Positions 63,132 to 64,000 of a stretch of 64,000 bases of DNA are shown piece after piece; the stretch's first letter is position 1; every line of letters begins with the position of its first letter. The stretch comes from an uncultured Actinomycetes bacterium. Its GTDB lineage: Bacteria; Actinomycetota; Actinomycetes; S36-B12. Below the pieces are notes generated by a model that made no database searches, had not been told where the DNA came from, and was given only the letters and a program-made list of their open reading frames with translations. A program made the position numbers and the translations under genes. The DNA lies in contig CAVZPI010000014.1 of assembly GCA_963777085.1 (NCBI GenBank), positions 19,778 to 83,777 on the forward strand. Direction: 5' to 3'.

Positions 63132-64000
63132 TCACAGCCAGTCGTTGCGCCTGAACGTGACATACAGGCCGCCGGAGATGAAGACGATGAGCGAGAGCGA
63201 CGTCAGCAGGCCGATCGTGCTGCCGAACCCCGGGTAGGGGATGTTCTGGCCGTACCACCCGGTGATGGCCGTCGGGACCGCGATGATCGCGGCCCAGCTC
63301 GTGACCTTCTTCGTGATGACGTTGAGGCGATTGCCCTGCAGCGTGAGGTTCGTCTCCAGGATCGTCGAGACGAGGTCGCGCAGCGACTCCGTCCACTCGG
63401 TCGCACGCAGGACGTGGTCGTACACGTCCTGGTAGTAAGGGGTCATCTCGTCGCTGACCACCCTCAGGTCGCGCCGCATGAGGCTGTTGACGACCTCGCG
63501 CATCGGCAGGACGACGCGACGCAGGAGGACCAGGCTCTTTCGCAGCTCGAAGCTGCGCCGCTGCAGGTCCGCATCGGGCGTGCGCTCGTCGAACAGCAGG
63601 TCCTCGAGCTCCTCGATCTCCTCGTCCAGGCTCTGGACCGCGACGAAGTGCCCGTCGACGACGGTGTCGATCAGGCCGTAGAGCAGGAAGCCCACGCCGC
63701 AATGGGCGAGATCAGGTGAGCCGTCCCACTGCGCGACGACCGGGCCGATGTCGAAGGCGTCGTCCTTGCGCACCGTCACCAGGGCGTTGGCGGTGACGAA
63801 GGCCGAGAGCTCGCTGAGCTCGAGCTCTCCGGAGTCGTGGACCAGTCGCGCGGCGTACATGTTGATGAACTCGTGACTGGCGTACCTGTCCAGCTTGGGA
63901 CGCTGCCGTGCGGCGAGGGCGTCGGCGACGGCGAGCCGGTGCAGTCCGAGCTCGTCCGCGATGAGTCCGAGGTCCTCGGCGTCCGGGGCGCAGAGGTCGA
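63132..64000 (-). CDS. corA: CorA family Mg2+/divalent cation transporter (5' end outside the window)
   Basis: LGLH.LAV.DA....QRPKLDRY, YYQDVYDH, LN..TKK.T.WAAI..VPT.ITGWYGQN. Confidence 0.9.
   Translation of the reverse strand, partial: DLCAPDAEDLGLIADELGLHRLAVADALAARQRPKLDRYASHEFINMYAARLVHDSGELELSELSAFVTANALVTVRKDDAFDIGPVVAQWDGSPDLAHCGVGFLLYGLIDTVVDGHFVAVQSLDEEIEELEDLLFDERTPDADLQRRSFELRKSLVLLRRVVLPMREVVNSLMRRDLRVVSDEMTPYYQDVYDHVLRATEWTESLRDLVSTILETNLTLQGNRLNVITKKVTSWAAIIAVPTAITGWYGQNIPYPGFGSTIGLLTSLSLIVFISGGLYVTFRRNDWL

Overview
This is a high-GC (~70%) actinobacterial chromosome segment with about 60 protein-coding loci. I found no rRNA, tRNA, CRISPR array or intact transposase. In order, it carries: a K+/cation cluster (KimA/YdaO-like APC permease plus a P-type ATPase with Na+/K+-ATPase-like motifs); AI-2E; ArsR-SRPBCC; a MocR regulator head-to-head with a small unknown protein; NlpC/P60; prfC; and a flavinylation module (ferric-reductase-like oxidoreductase, FMN-binding protein, ApbE) directly beside an nfnAB-korAB-like operon ending in a large POR-like/ferredoxin protein. 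Next come a helicase, a PAQR/HlyIII gene with a tandem operator, patatin, a class III aminotransferase, PhoX, a LolA-like ABC system, two Abhydrolase_9-like paralogues, an orphan PemK-like gene, modABC, a ThDP enzyme and a ~1.2 kb lower-GC islet bordered by a 56-bp IS3-end-like inverted repeat. The right part has a TetR-amidohydrolase pair with a deleted ABC operon, a GS-like ligase, an FtsX-type ABC exporter, a HipA-like kinase with DUF3037, an EsrISR-like PspC three-component system, GNAT, lipase and CorA. Many genes contain clustered single-base frameshifts that most likely reflect long-read sequencing error rather than pseudogenes. All product calls come from motif recognition in the translations, not from database searches.
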